Source of the DNA: Promethearchaeia archaeon
Lineage (GTDB): Archaea > Asgardarchaeota > Lokiarchaeia > Sigyniarchaeales > SOKP01
Length of the DNA stretch: 55,296 bases
Reading direction: 5' to 3'
NCBI GenBank assembly: GCA_029856155.1
Contig: JAHQWL010000022.1
Coordinates: 1 to 55,296, forward strand
The position numbers were made by a program, and so were the translations under genes. Positions within the stretch are counted from its first letter, which is position 1. Every line of letters starts with the position of its first letter. Below the pieces are notes generated by a model. The model ran no database searches. It saw only the letters and a list, made by a program, of their open reading frames with translations, and was not told the origin of the DNA. Shown here piece after piece: positions 1 through 10,426 of this stretch.

Positions 1-2
1 CA

Positions 3-1094
3 ATTAAAGCAAATAAAGATATTAAGGTTATTCTTGTAGTTGCCTCAGATACAAGAGCTCCAGAGCCATCAACAATGTGGGAATATGGATTTGCTGATGG
101 TGCAGCTGCCTTACTCATAGCTGAAGAGGATAATCTACCGTTATCTATAGATGATTACTATTCCGTCTCTGCTAATGTTACTGGACCTTGGAAAAGAGCA
201 GGCACAGATAAATTCATAAGAACCTATGAAGTAAAAATGGATACAAAATTTTACTTTGAGAGTATCACAAAAGTAATGGCAGAAATTTTAAAGAGAAATA
301 ATTTGAAGCCAGAAGAGATCGGTGCTGCAGCATATTATTATAATAACCCTCGACTGCATGGCAGAGTTTCAAAAATAATGAAGTTCACGGGAGGAGTTGC
401 TCAAAACAGTGTGTTTTTCCAACTTGGTGATTTAGGAACCCCAATGCCATTTATACTATTAATCGGTGCTTTAAGAAGACCTAAACCTGATGCAAAAATA
501 ATCATGGCAGGGTTCGGCGATGGAGCAGATGCAATATTAATGCAAGTTCAGAATAGAGATGCTCTAAGAGATCTTGGAAAAACTCGAATGGGATTCTTAG
601 GACATCAAAAATCGATGATATCATTAAAAAATTATAACAAATTTCTTGACTTTAAAGAAATCCTTGAAAAAGATAGATATACCAGGAAAAGTTCTGCTGT
701 TTTGATATGGCGTGATAGAGCATCAGTATATAAGTGGTACGGCTTAAAATGTAAAAGTTGTGGAGCAATTCAGTATCCAGATATGCTTAGATCTTGTTAT
801 ATTTGTCGAGCTGATGATCAACTTGAACGGGTAAAGCTTGGATTAAAAGGTACGATTTTTACATATACATTAGATCATTTGGTTGGAGGTATGTATCTTA
901 ATACTCCAGTGCCTCGTTGTGTAGTTGATTTAGATGGTGGCGGAAGAGTTCTGCTAAATATGACTGAAATCGAGAATCCTGAAGAGAATGTTCAAATTGG
1001 CATGAGAGTTGAATTAACATTTAGAAAAGAACATGAAGGTGCTGAATTTAAAAATTATTATTGGAAATGTCGTCCCGAAAGGGGGAGACCATAA
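3..1094 (+). CDS. HMG-CoA synthase/FabH-like thiolase-fold protein fused to C-terminal DUF35 (Zn-ribbon + OB-fold); 5' end lies before the window
   Basis: Frame open from position 3 (ILVVASD...EYGFADGAAALLI, GFGDGADA); C-terminal CKSC..CYIC ribbon, GTIFTYT and VQIGMRVELTFR OB-fold motifs. Confidence 0.8.
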   Translation: MKANKDIKVILVVASDTRAPEPSTMWEYGFADGAAALLIAEEDNLPLSIDDYYSVSANVTGPWKRAGTDKFIRTYEVKMDTKFYFESITKVMAEILKRNNLKPEEIGAAAYYYNNPRLHGRVSKIMKFTGGVAQNSVFFQLGDLGTPMPFILLIGALRRPKPDAKIIMAGFGDGADAILMQVQNRDALRDLGKTRMGFLGHQKSMISLKNYNKFLDFKEILEKDRYTRKSSAVLIWRDRASVYKWYGLKCKSCGAIQYPDMLRSCYICRADDQLERVKLGLKGTIFTYTLDHLVGGMYLNTPVPRCVVDLDGGGRVLLNMTEIENPEENVQIGMRVELTFRKEHEGAEFKNYYWKCRPERGRP

Positions 1095-1109
1095 AGGAGG
1101 TTATTAAAA

Positions 1110-2297
1110 ATGGGAAGAAAAGGAATTAAGGATAAAGTTGCTATTATTGGCTGCGAGATGACGAAATATGGAGAATTATGGGATAAAAATCAATATGATC
1201 TTCTCTTTGAAGCCTTTCAAGGAGCAATTAAAGATGCTGGAATAAAAAAAGATGAGGTTGATGCTAGTTGGGTTGGAATATTTTATTACTTTACTGGTCT
1301 TTCCGGTGCTATGGTTGAAGATATTCTTAGGTTAGACGGAAAACCGTCAACTAGAGTTGAAAACTATTGCGCGAGTGGAATGGATGCGTTTAGAAATGCA
1401 TCATTTGCTATTGCTTCTGGAGCATATGATGTTGCACTTGCTTGTGGAGTAGAGAAACTAATGGACGAGGGAGGTAGTGGACTTCCAGGTTTTAAACAGT
1501 TTGGACACCCATTATATCCAACACCATCTGCACCAGCGATGTTTTCTATGGCAGCAACAAGAAGTTTTCATGAGTATGGCTGGACAAAAGAAGATTTAGC
1601 ACGAGTAGCAGTAAAAAATCATGATAATGGTGCAGATCATCCAAAAGCTCATTTTAGGAGTAGAATAACAATTGACCAGGTAATGAAAGCACCGATGATT
1701 GCAGACCCACTTGGTCGCTTTGATTGTTGTGCTATGAGTGATGGTTCTGCGGCTCTTATATTGACAACACCCGAATTAGCTGAAAGTTATGCTCATGCTG
1801 ATGATTATATCTTAGTTAAAGCCAATGCTATTTCATGTCAGACTAATTTTCCATGGTACGTTCCTAAGGGAGGGCCCGGTGCAGAATTTACGCACTTTCC
1901 TGCAACTGAGAAAGCTGGACAATTTGCTTACAAAGAAGCAGGAATTACAGATCCGCGAAAAGAAATTGACTGTGCTGAAGTTCATGATTGCTTTACAATC
2001 ACTGAGCTATTAAATTGCCAAGATTTACAATTCTGTGAAAGGGGAAAGGCTGCTGAAGAATTAAAAAATGGTACATTTAATTGGGATGGTGAAATTGCAG
2101 TCAATCCATCTGGAGGATTGAAAAGTTTTGGGCATCCTATCGGGAGTACGGGATGTAGGATGCTGACAGAAATAACAAAACAACTCCAAGGAAGAGCTGA
2201 AGGAAGACAAGTGCCTGATGCAAAAGTTGGGTTATGCCACAATTTGGGTGGAGCATTTACTGTCTGTTCTGTAACCGTTTTAGGTCAGAGAGATTAA
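1110..2297 (+). CDS. Thiolase (archaeal/SCP2-type acetyl-CoA acetyltransferase)
   Basis: VENYCASG, EVHDCF, NPSGGLKSFGHPIG motifs; AGGAGG SD upstream; adjacent DUF35 partner. Confidence 0.92.
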   Translation: MGRKGIKDKVAIIGCEMTKYGELWDKNQYDLLFEAFQGAIKDAGIKKDEVDASWVGIFYYFTGLSGAMVEDILRLDGKPSTRVENYCASGMDAFRNASFAIASGAYDVALACGVEKLMDEGGSGLPGFKQFGHPLYPTPSAPAMFSMAATRSFHEYGWTKEDLARVAVKNHDNGADHPKAHFRSRITIDQVMKAPMIADPLGRFDCCAMSDGSAALILTTPELAESYAHADDYILVKANAISCQTNFPWYVPKGGPGAEFTHFPATEKAGQFAYKEAGITDPRKEIDCAEVHDCFTITELLNCQDLQFCERGKAAEELKNGTFNWDGEIAVNPSGGLKSFGHPIGSTGCRMLTEITKQLQGRAEGRQVPDAKVGLCHNLGGAFTVCSVTVLGQRD

Positions 2298-2341
2298 AAT
2301 AAAAAATTTTTTTTTTTAAATTTTTTGAATTGATGAATTAT

Positions 2342-2734
2342 TTACTCAATTCCCATTCGTTTAGTAAGCTTTACTAAGATGAAGATAACGAATGCTACTA
2401 TTATAAAAGTGATTAATTCACCAATGAATAATGTAGGGTTGAGGTTTAAGGGATACGATGATGGGTCTGCAGCAGCTACCGCTGAATCTAGAAATCCAAT
2501 TAGTAAGAAGAGATTGTTGAGAAGTGGTGAGATGAATGCAGTTACTATGGATTGGACAAGTCGACCAAGATAAAGAGCCATGATGAATGCGACAGCAATC
2601 CCCATTACTTTATACTTTTTGATAAAGTCTTTAAATTCTTGAACTAAATTTTTGGGAGGTGGAGGTGTTGGTGGAGGACTGAGAAATTCTCTAATTTTTT
2701 TTAATTCTTCTAACATTTCATTTTCTTTTGACAT
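2342..2734 (-). CDS. mscL: Large-conductance mechanosensitive channel
   Basis: EFKDFIKKYKVMGIAVAFIM...LVQSIV TM1 and FIGELITFIIVAFVIF TM2. Confidence 0.85.
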   Translation of the reverse strand: MSKENEMLEELKKIREFLSPPPTPPPPKNLVQEFKDFIKKYKVMGIAVAFIMALYLGRLVQSIVTAFISPLLNNLFLLIGFLDSAVAAADPSSYPLNLNPTLFIGELITFIIVAFVIFILVKLTKRMGIE

Positions 2735-2860
2735 ATTAATTTCTCTTTTTATTGATTAATGATTTTTCATATAATTAAAAAAAGGTGATTTATAATTCTT
2801 ACAAGAATATTTAAAACTTATTTATATTTTTTATAAAAGAGATTTTTCTAGAGTTATCAA

Positions 2861-3496
2861 TTAAAAAAACAAATCCATTATGTCATATAATTCGATAAGT
2901 TTTTCTACAGTAAGGTTGGCTTCTGCTTTTAAATCGTCTAAAGACTTGTTTAAAAGGGGTCTTTGATCTTTCCAGAACATAATGTATATCAATCCAAGGT
3001 ATTTACCGTAAATTAGAACCCCTCCTTCAAAACTGCAATCTCTCTCAATTGTGATTGCTCCAAAAGTATTGTCTTCTTCATATTCAGTTAAAAAGTCAAC
3101 TAAGGATTTATAAAATTTAGAACTCATGAAAGGTCTATCAGAAACACTAGATACTTTGTGTTCAAATCCTCTTCCGCCTCTTCGAGGCACTTTTAAGTGA
3201 TAAAATCTAATGTCCTTTTTCAGTTCATCAATTCTATTTCGAGCTGCTTCAAGTAATTGTTCATTTAGGGAAATATTTTCTTCATCTTCAATATTATCAA
3301 TCTTTTGGGACCCTCTATGTTTTCCATTATTATCTATAAAAGCAATAAAAGGAGGGCATTCGCTATTATCAGAATGATTTTTTATCAAAATTGTGAAAAG
3401 ACCCTGTTTCTTTTGATAATCTACTTGCTTTCTGAAACTTACCTTACAGTAAGGACATATCATGTTTATTAATGTTGTTTCTTCAGTACCAGTCAC
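2861..3496 (-). CDS. Hypothetical protein with N-terminal CxxC/His/Cys putative metal-binding module
   Basis: 211-aa ORF; CPYC ... H..C ... FIDNNGKHRG. Confidence 0.65.
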   Translation of the reverse strand: MTGTEETTLINMICPYCKVSFRKQVDYQKKQGLFTILIKNHSDNSECPPFIAFIDNNGKHRGSQKIDNIEDEENISLNEQLLEAARNRIDELKKDIRFYHLKVPRRGGRGFEHKVSSVSDRPFMSSKFYKSLVDFLTEYEEDNTFGAITIERDCSFEGGVLIYGKYLGLIYIMFWKDQRPLLNKSLDDLKAEANLTVEKLIELYDIMDLFF

Positions 3497-3665
3497 TTCT
3501 TCTCACAACCATAATCAAGTGAGAGTTTTTAAATTTTAGTAAATAGATAATTTTTTTTCAAACCCTAATATAAAAAGAGATGAAATTCCATTAAATAATG
3601 AAAAACTATTGAATAATTAGAAAATATTCAAAAATTATTTAATTTTAAATTAATTTCTTTTAATT

Positions 3666-4520
3666 ATGAGTAATACTGGTTTTAATAAATTCCAAGGAGA
3701 TGTTAAAACTCAGAATGTGAAATATCTCGCTGATCCTCAACTTAGAAATATCGTGAACGTTGCAATAGCTCTCGGACGACCTTTATTAGTAAAAGGTGAG
3801 CCAGGAACTGGAAAAACAATGCTTGCACATGCTATAGCTGAAAGTTTAAATAAGAGATTAATAGTATGGAACATTAAAAGTACAACTGAAGCTATTGACG
3901 GATGTTATATGTATGACACAGTTCAGAGATTGAATGATAGTAGGTTTGGTTGCGAAGACCGAGATGTTGACAATATAATTGATTATATAACACTTGGACC
4001 TCTAGGGGATGCATTTGACTCTGAAGAACAAGTTGTTCTTTTATTGGATGAGATTGATAAAGCTGATATTGAATTTCCTAATGACTTATTACAAGAATTA
4101 GATGTTATGGAGTTTTACATTAAAGAGACCAAAGAATTCGTGAAAGCTAAAACTAGACCAATTGTAGTAATTACTTCAAATAATGAAAAAGAACTTCCCG
4201 ATGCATTTCTAAGAAGATGTGTATTTCACTGGATTGAATTCCCCTCTAAAACATTTATGGCAGAAATTTGCCGACTACATTACCCTAATTTAAAGCAAAA
4301 CCTCTTAGATCAATGTTTACAACATTTTTATGCATTAAGAGCTATAACAAAACTTCGAAAAATGCCCTCTACTTCTGAACTCCTAGATTGGATTGGAGTG
4401 TTATTAAAAAGTGGTATCTCTATTGAAGAATTAAAGAAAGAAATTCCATTTTTAGGCGTATTGATTAAAAAGGAAAAAGATTTTGAAATAGCTATAGATA
4501 AAATAAAATTTCCAACTTAA
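3666..4520 (+). CDS. MoxR-family AAA+ ATPase (CoxD-like)
   Basis: GEPGTGKT Walker A, LLLDEIDKAD Walker B, ITSNNEKELPDAFLRRC. Confidence 0.9.
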   Translation: MSNTGFNKFQGDVKTQNVKYLADPQLRNIVNVAIALGRPLLVKGEPGTGKTMLAHAIAESLNKRLIVWNIKSTTEAIDGCYMYDTVQRLNDSRFGCEDRDVDNIIDYITLGPLGDAFDSEEQVVLLLDEIDKADIEFPNDLLQELDVMEFYIKETKEFVKAKTRPIVVITSNNEKELPDAFLRRCVFHWIEFPSKTFMAEICRLHYPNLKQNLLDQCLQHFYALRAITKLRKMPSTSELLDWIGVLLKSGISIEELKKEIPFLGVLIKKEKDFEIAIDKIKFPT

Positions 4521-4790
4521 TATGTCAAAAACAGTTCTACTCTAAATGTCTTACTTCTAATGAAATAAATTAATCCATTTTGTTATGTGTACTTCTAATA
4601 TACTTCGAGTTTATTTTATACAACTTCCATTTAATGAATTAAATTATGATTTTAAAATTCATTAATAATATTAGAACAAGACTAGAAATTTAAACAAAAG
4701 AAGAAAATTCAGTAAAATTTAAAATTATACTTTATCATTAGTATTTTTAATTTCTAAAATTACATTTTTAGATTTAAAAAGAAGGTAATC

Positions 4791-5714
4791 ATGTACAACG
4801 GCATTAATCTAAATTTTGAATATAAATATCGTACCATTTCTGTGGACCATTTAGGAGAACTTCAAGAAGACATCGATAAATTGCGTCGTGCAGGCACACT
4901 CAGTGATAATGAAGTCTATAGGAGTTATATTGATAGTAAAAAGTTTGAAATTCCAGAAAGTCTTCCTAATGCTAAATCGATAATAATACTTGCGATATTT
5001 AGCAGGTTAGCATTAGTAAGGTTTCATATAGATGGCAAGAACCATGAAATTATGATACCTCCCAATTATTATGATGATGGAACAACATTCGAAGACTTCG
5101 AGAATTTAATAGTGAAAGAGATAATAAAGGAATCAGGATATAAAGTTGAATTTACTAACAAACTACATATGAAATTATTAGCTGTTAGAAGTGGGCTTGG
5201 AAAATACGGCAGAAATAATATTTGTTATGTCGATAAATGGGGGAGTATGATAAATCTATTTGTCTATTTTACAGATTTTCAGTTTGAAGAAGACCATTGG
5301 ACAGAGCTTAAAATGATGGATCAGTGTGAAAAATGTAGTATTTGCATAAAAAGTTGTCCTACTAACGCAATCCCCTCTCCCTCTGATGAGAATTTTGTAA
5401 TAAATGCAGGAAAATGCATTTCTGTGTATAATGAAATAAACGGTATAATTCCAAACTGGATTCCCTCTAATGCACATAACGCTTTGATGGGTTGTATGAA
5501 ATGTCAAAATATTTGTCCAAGTAATCGCGATGTAATCAAGCTAACAACACAACTTGAAGATATCACAGAAGATGAAACTAAAATGATTTTGGATGGAATT
5601 ATTAATGAAAAATTTACAGATTCTTTATCAAAAAAGCTCAAGATGTTCTCTCCTTCTGATGGAGTAGGAGCACTTCCTGTGATTAAAAGAAACTTAGGAT
5701 TTCTAATAAAATAA
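4791..5714 (+). CDS. Epoxyqueuosine reductase (QueG)/reductive-dehalogenase-like 4Fe-4S protein
   Basis: LAVRSGLGKYGRNN, CEKCSICIKSCP, CIS, GCMKCQNICP. Confidence 0.75.
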   Translation: MYNGINLNFEYKYRTISVDHLGELQEDIDKLRRAGTLSDNEVYRSYIDSKKFEIPESLPNAKSIIILAIFSRLALVRFHIDGKNHEIMIPPNYYDDGTTFEDFENLIVKEIIKESGYKVEFTNKLHMKLLAVRSGLGKYGRNNICYVDKWGSMINLFVYFTDFQFEEDHWTELKMMDQCEKCSICIKSCPTNAIPSPSDENFVINAGKCISVYNEINGIIPNWIPSNAHNALMGCMKCQNICPSNRDVIKLTTQLEDITEDETKMILDGIINEKFTDSLSKKLKMFSPSDGVGALPVIKRNLGFLIK

Positions 5715-5886
5715 GCGGTTCAAAATACCAAAAAAAGTATAATTGCAATTATATATATTATACACACCGCAGAGGAACCTATAATCATCCTTGCAATCCA
5801 CTTAGGACTCAATTCTTTCATGAAGGAAAAAGTCTATTTATTATTTAATAAAAAAAAAGAAGGGAATCATGAAAATGAAAATTTTT

Positions 5887-6279
5887 TTAGTAACCATATA
5901 TAATACTGCTCCACTTCGATTTAAGAAAAATAATTGCTATAGCAAAGAAATCTAAAATATTTATTTTTTCATGATTTCCTTCCAAAATTAATTGGTTTTT
6001 ACCATCAGATGTATATAATTCTCTCTTTTCTTCTGAAAACTCAAAAGTAGGTTCCTCTCTAAAGTAGATTTTAGAATTAAGTATAAACCCTACTTGTTCC
6101 TTTTTAGCCCATATATCATCATGCTCGTCAAGTTGCAGGAGTGTATGACCATTTTTGGATTTCACAGTATTCTCATCTAAATAACCTACTAGTCTATGCT
6201 TCTTGTCGAAATATTTCCCACCCTCAATAAGTCCCACTTTTTTCTTTTTTTTATTAATTATTTCAATCATCAGACACAC
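5887..6279 (-). CDS. Hypothetical beta-rich protein
   Basis: 130-aa ORF with repeated (V/L)VG(Y/F/L) strands; start may be ATG 6270. Confidence 0.6.
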   Translation of the reverse strand: MCLMIEIINKKKKKVGLIEGGKYFDKKHRLVGYLDENTVKSKNGHTLLQLDEHDDIWAKKEQVGFILNSKIYFREEPTFEFSEEKRELYTSDGKNQLILEGNHEKINILDFFAIAIIFLKSKWSSIIYGY

Positions 6280-6305
6280 ACTTTATTATCAACTATATAA
6301 ATATA

Positions 6306-6635
6306 TTATGGATATAAACCAATTTCTTTTAGATATACTTTAAAGCTTGAAATTAACCAGCATAAAGTATCATAATCTAGGTCTGAATCAAGAATTTTCT
6401 CAGCTCTTTTTATAACATCACTTTCAGAATATTTTTTAGCACCTTTTTCAAAAATTAATTCTAGTTCTGCAAGAGCCCAACATAATGCATCAAAAGGAAA
6501 ATAACTATTTGATAAATATTGATAAAATTGTTCAATCTTTAACTTTCGGTCTTCAGTCATTTCAATAATTTCCAATGATTTAACTTCATTTTTAGGTAAA
6601 AACTCAAGATATACTACAGATTCTGCTTTTACCAT
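6306..6635 (-). CDS. Hypothetical protein with two internal (F/Y)DxLCW helical repeats
   Basis: FDALCWALAE and YDTLCWLISS; GAGGTG SD upstream. Confidence 0.7.
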   Translation of the reverse strand: MVKAESVVYLEFLPKNEVKSLEIIEMTEDRKLKIEQFYQYLSNSYFPFDALCWALAELELIFEKGAKKYSESDVIKRAEKILDSDLDYDTLCWLISSFKVYLKEIGLYP

Positions 6636-6765
6636 TTTTTATACCACCTCTTTTATTTTTATTAAAAATAAATTTTATATAAAATTTCAATAAATTAACA
6701 ATCTTGGAAAATTGACCTACTAAAACGTTAAATTGAGCAATAAAGATTTAAATTGTACAGAAAAT

Positions 6766-6972
6766 TCATATTTTATTCTGCAACTTTCTTAACAGTTTAT
6801 CTATTTTTTTTTTAGATTGCCATTGAGCAATAGAGTATTTAAAATCTTCTTTTATACTATTTTTATTTCTGTTTTCTTTTTGTTTATCCTGCTCAATTCC
6901 TTTTTCTGTCGCTCTTAGTGAATTTGATGATTTATCTATCGCAAGTAAAATTTTATTATACAAAAATTCCAC
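6766..6972 (-). pseudogene. Universal stress protein (UspA) N-terminal fragment
   Basis: YNKILLAIDKSSNSLRA matches the USP first strand-helix; similarity is lost after about 27 aa. Confidence 0.5.
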
Positions 6973-7240
6973 CTCATATTTTATTTTTTATTGAATAAAT
7001 TTCATTATGAATCTTTTTATTAGATTGATTTTTTTCTTCTCTTCTCATATAATATTTATAAAATATAATATTTAAATGCTTTGTATAAAAATCGGAAAAA
7101 AGTGGGAATGCCTGGATGAAATTCGTTGGAAACTAGTTAATGTTGAAAAACCATAATCTTTAAATAATAAACCATTATTACATTTAATTATATTTAATGA
7201 TAACTAATGAATCCTAATTAAAAAGATTGAGAAGTTAAAA

Positions 7241-7396
7241 ATGTCAAAAAGTTGGGAAATCGGAAAAGAAGCACGTGAATTAGATGAAAAACCAATTTCA
7301 GAAAGATTGAAAATTGAAAAAAGTTCTAAAAAAAAAATAGGCGTTGCTTTTATATTTTATTCAATTATTATGGTAATATTGTACTTCTTTTTATAG
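7241..7396 (+). CDS. Small 51-aa membrane protein, in frame with the downstream TSUP gene (below ORF-track cutoff)
   Basis: ATG 7241 to TAG 7394-7396; MSKSWEIGKEARELDE...IGVAFIFYSIIMVILYFFL. Confidence 0.5.
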   Translation: MSKSWEIGKEARELDEKPISERLKIEKSSKKKIGVAFIFYSIIMVILYFFL

Positions 7397-7408
7397 AGCT
7401 GCAGAATA

Positions 7409-8200
7409 ATGGAATTAATCTTAATTATAATCTTATTAGCATTTTTATTTGAGTCTATGGATTCTATGGCAGGAATGGGCTTTGGTACCGCATTATCACC
7501 CTTATTATTCTTATTAGGTTACGCTCCTCTTCAAGTCGTTCCCGTTATATTAATTTCAGAGGCAGTAACTGGTATAATTGATACATTTTTTGATCATGAA
7601 TTCAAGAATGTCCATTATTCTTTTCGTCCCTTAAATGATGCCACTAGAATTGCTTTGATAATGGCATTTTTTGGATGTTTAGCTATATGTGCGTCGGTAC
7701 TTCTTGGTTATTATGCAATTAAATTCCCTGATATAATAATTAAGACTTATGTTGCAATACTAATCATTTTTATGGGTATATCAGGTTTTATAAGAGTGAA
7801 ATTAAGGAAAATAGAATTTTCTAATACACATCCAAAGATGTTAATAGGCTTTTCAGCATTAGCAGGATTTAATAAAGGGATTGGAGGAGGAGGATATGGA
7901 CCCATAATTACTATGGGACAAATCTTTTCAGGAGTTTATGAAAAAAGTGCTACCGCAATTGTTTCTTTTGCAGAATCATTAGTTTCAATTGTAGGGATAT
8001 TGACTTTCTTTTTGATTAGTTTTGCGGGTGTGAATATAGATCTTGTTCTACTTCCATCATTATTAACAGGAGGATTCTTCGCTGCTATTTCTGCGCCTTA
8101 TTTAGTAAGAATAATTCCAAATAAAGTCTGGAAATATTTCATTCCATTCTATGCTATTGGTATTGGATTCTTTTGTTTAGTAAAAATATTCTTACTATAA
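7409..8200 (+). CDS. TauE/SafE (TSUP) family sulfite-exporter-type transporter
   Basis: DSMAGMGFGTALSPLL and AGFNKGIGGGGYGP motifs; multiple TM segments. Confidence 0.85.
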   Translation: MELILIIILLAFLFESMDSMAGMGFGTALSPLLFLLGYAPLQVVPVILISEAVTGIIDTFFDHEFKNVHYSFRPLNDATRIALIMAFFGCLAICASVLLGYYAIKFPDIIIKTYVAILIIFMGISGFIRVKLRKIEFSNTHPKMLIGFSALAGFNKGIGGGGYGPIITMGQIFSGVYEKSATAIVSFAESLVSIVGILTFFLISFAGVNIDLVLLPSLLTGGFFAAISAPYLVRIIPNKVWKYFIPFYAIGIGFFCLVKIFLL

Positions 8201-8941
8201 GATGCGATTTATTTTAAAGTGTCAAGTTTAATTTTAACGATTGTAAAGGCTTATTTTCTTTATTAAAAATATTTAAAACTATTTATTTACCTCTATTAAT
8301 AGCTTTGAAATAACTCTGTAAAGTCATATCTTATTTATCGTCATATAAAGAAAAGAAATCATTTTTATTACTAAATTCCTTCAGTTCAGTAATATCATGA
8401 AATAAGAATTCCCCCTGCGTACAACAAAAATCTATATTTTTGCCGCTTTTATTAATTCGTTTCCAATTTTCTATATTTTTTTTAATAAGCATCACCATTT
8501 GGATAAATAATTTTTTTTTTCACAATTGAGTAAAAATGTATATTTAGTTAGGTTAAACTTTTCTATTTTGATCTCTTTTTTTTTATTTTTACTCTTAAAT
8601 CTGTAGATCGGTATTTTTATTACGAATTTAACATCCTTTGAATATAAATTATAATAAAATACTTCATTATTCTTATCAAAATCAATGTATTTATTCATAT
8701 CCATAAAACTAATATTAATTTTAGTAGGATTTTAAAAATTTGATTTTAATATATCCAAATTGATAAAATAAGATATTAAAGATTATGATTAATAAATTAA
8801 AATAAAATGTATAATCTATTTATAAAGTATAAATTAATGATTTGATCTTTTAAGAAGCAGATTTTAGATGAAATAATTATAATATTTTTTTTTCATAAAA
8901 CTATAAATCTCACATGAATTATCTTTTATTGTGTTTAAATT

Positions 8942-9433
8942 ATGTTTATCTGCACAAAATGTAAAAAAAAAAGAGAATTATCAAATTTGGAGATAGTAGA
9001 TGATTCTTATATATGTCATTCATGCTTATATTCGAATTGTGAGCCCTTTGAGATTTTTCCTATTGGATTTGTAGAGAATCAATTAGAAAGAGGTAAAGGC
9101 TTTGGACTGAAAGGCAATAGAGCAGAAATTTCAAAATTACATCTCTTTTCTGCCCAATCACCCTTTCTTTATAAATTAGAAGATGAGAAATGGATTACTG
9201 TATTATATTATTTTCATAAACCACATAATATTCGATCAGTTTTATCAAGAGGAATTGATGGTAAAAAAGTAGGAATATTTGCTTCTCGAACACCAGATCG
9301 CTTATCTCGCATTGGAATTTCTAATGTAGAGCTTATAAAAATTGAAAACACGACCTTATATGTAAAAAATCTTGATGCGATTAATGGAACTCCCGTTTTA
9401 GATATTAAATTAGGTCAAAAATCGAGATGGTAA
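8942..9433 (+). CDS. TsaA/TrmO-like SAM-binding protein with N-terminal Zn finger
   Basis: PIGFV, GIFASRTPDR..RIG, LDAINGTPVLDIK; CTKC...CHSC. Confidence 0.8.
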   Translation: MFICTKCKKKRELSNLEIVDDSYICHSCLYSNCEPFEIFPIGFVENQLERGKGFGLKGNRAEISKLHLFSAQSPFLYKLEDEKWITVLYYFHKPHNIRSVLSRGIDGKKVGIFASRTPDRLSRIGISNVELIKIENTTLYVKNLDAINGTPVLDIKLGQKSRW

Positions 9434-9471
9434 CTAGAAAAAGTAAATTAAATAACATAAGTTAAAATTCT

Positions 9472-10248
9472 TTAAATAAACTTCTTAAAAATCTCTTTAA
9501 CGCTTTTGTAAGCAGGGTTTTCATTTGACAAATTCAATAGATTTTTAGCGAATAAATTATAATTCATTATTTCTTTATCTTCCGGGATAAAGCCTAATAA
9601 TTTAATTTCAACCTTATCTAAGAAATTTAGTTTCTTAATCAATATTTCTTTATTATCTGTTGAAAATCTATTACCTAAAACCCAATAATTCTTAAATTTC
9701 AAGCTTACTTCTTTTGATATCTCTAATATTCTTTTCAACGTATGGAATGCCATTTTACTTGGATCAACAATGATCATCAAATCTGATACATCTTTTCCGG
9801 TCTTTCGAGCAAAATGTTCTAGACCCGCAGGTGTATCTACTAAAACAAGATCATAATTCTCGGAGATAATGTCAAGAGCATTTTTTAAAACATTATTTAC
9901 GCTACAATAGCAGCCCTCTCCTTCTGTTCTTCCCATCTCTATTACATCAAAAGCTTCTACATGAAGAAAACAATTAAAAATTTCTGCTTCCATTGCTTGC
10001 TTTTTATCCTTATAAGGATATAATATGTTCTTTTCAATTTTTATTCTGAGATTAGTCATTTTACCTGCAATAGTATCTTTAAAATGGATTTTTTTACCGA
10101 TAACATCTGCAATATTTGCATCTGGATCTGCATCTATAACAAGAATCCTATAATCTTTTTTATTTTCAATCAGAAATTTTAGAAAAAGAATTAAGCATGT
10201 AGTTTTTCCAACGCCACCCTTTCCTGTAAATGCTATTGATTTATTCAT
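9472..10248 (-). CDS. cooC: CooC/AcsF-type nickel-insertion ATPase
   Basis: GKGGVGKT, IDADPDAN, MGRTEGEGCYC, DTPAGLEHFAR. Confidence 0.85.
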   Translation of the reverse strand: MNKSIAFTGKGGVGKTTCLILFLKFLIENKKDYRILVIDADPDANIADVIGKKIHFKDTIAGKMTNLRIKIEKNILYPYKDKKQAMEAEIFNCFLHVEAFDVIEMGRTEGEGCYCSVNNVLKNALDIISENYDLVLVDTPAGLEHFARKTGKDVSDLMIIVDPSKMAFHTLKRILEISKEVSLKFKNYWVLGNRFSTDNKEILIKKLNFLDKVEIKLLGFIPEDKEIMNYNLFAKNLLNLSNENPAYKSVKEIFKKFI

Positions 10249-10426
10249 TTTGCTCCATGTTTCTGTTAAATTTAATTTCTGTTTCCTTAATAATTGACAA
10301 GTTAATTGGCATTATACTTATGATCAATTAATTTAAGTAATTTTTTTTGTTATTTATGGAAAAAGAATAAAGTTTAAATCTTCGACTACTTCAATTAATG
10401 GGCCAAAACCTATCAAATCTTCTAAT

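Noticed and set aside
8284-8704. Short minus-strand ORFs (8492-8704 and a following frame with an internal TAA)
   Set aside because: Very AT-rich with no recognisable motif; cannot tell a decayed gene from noise
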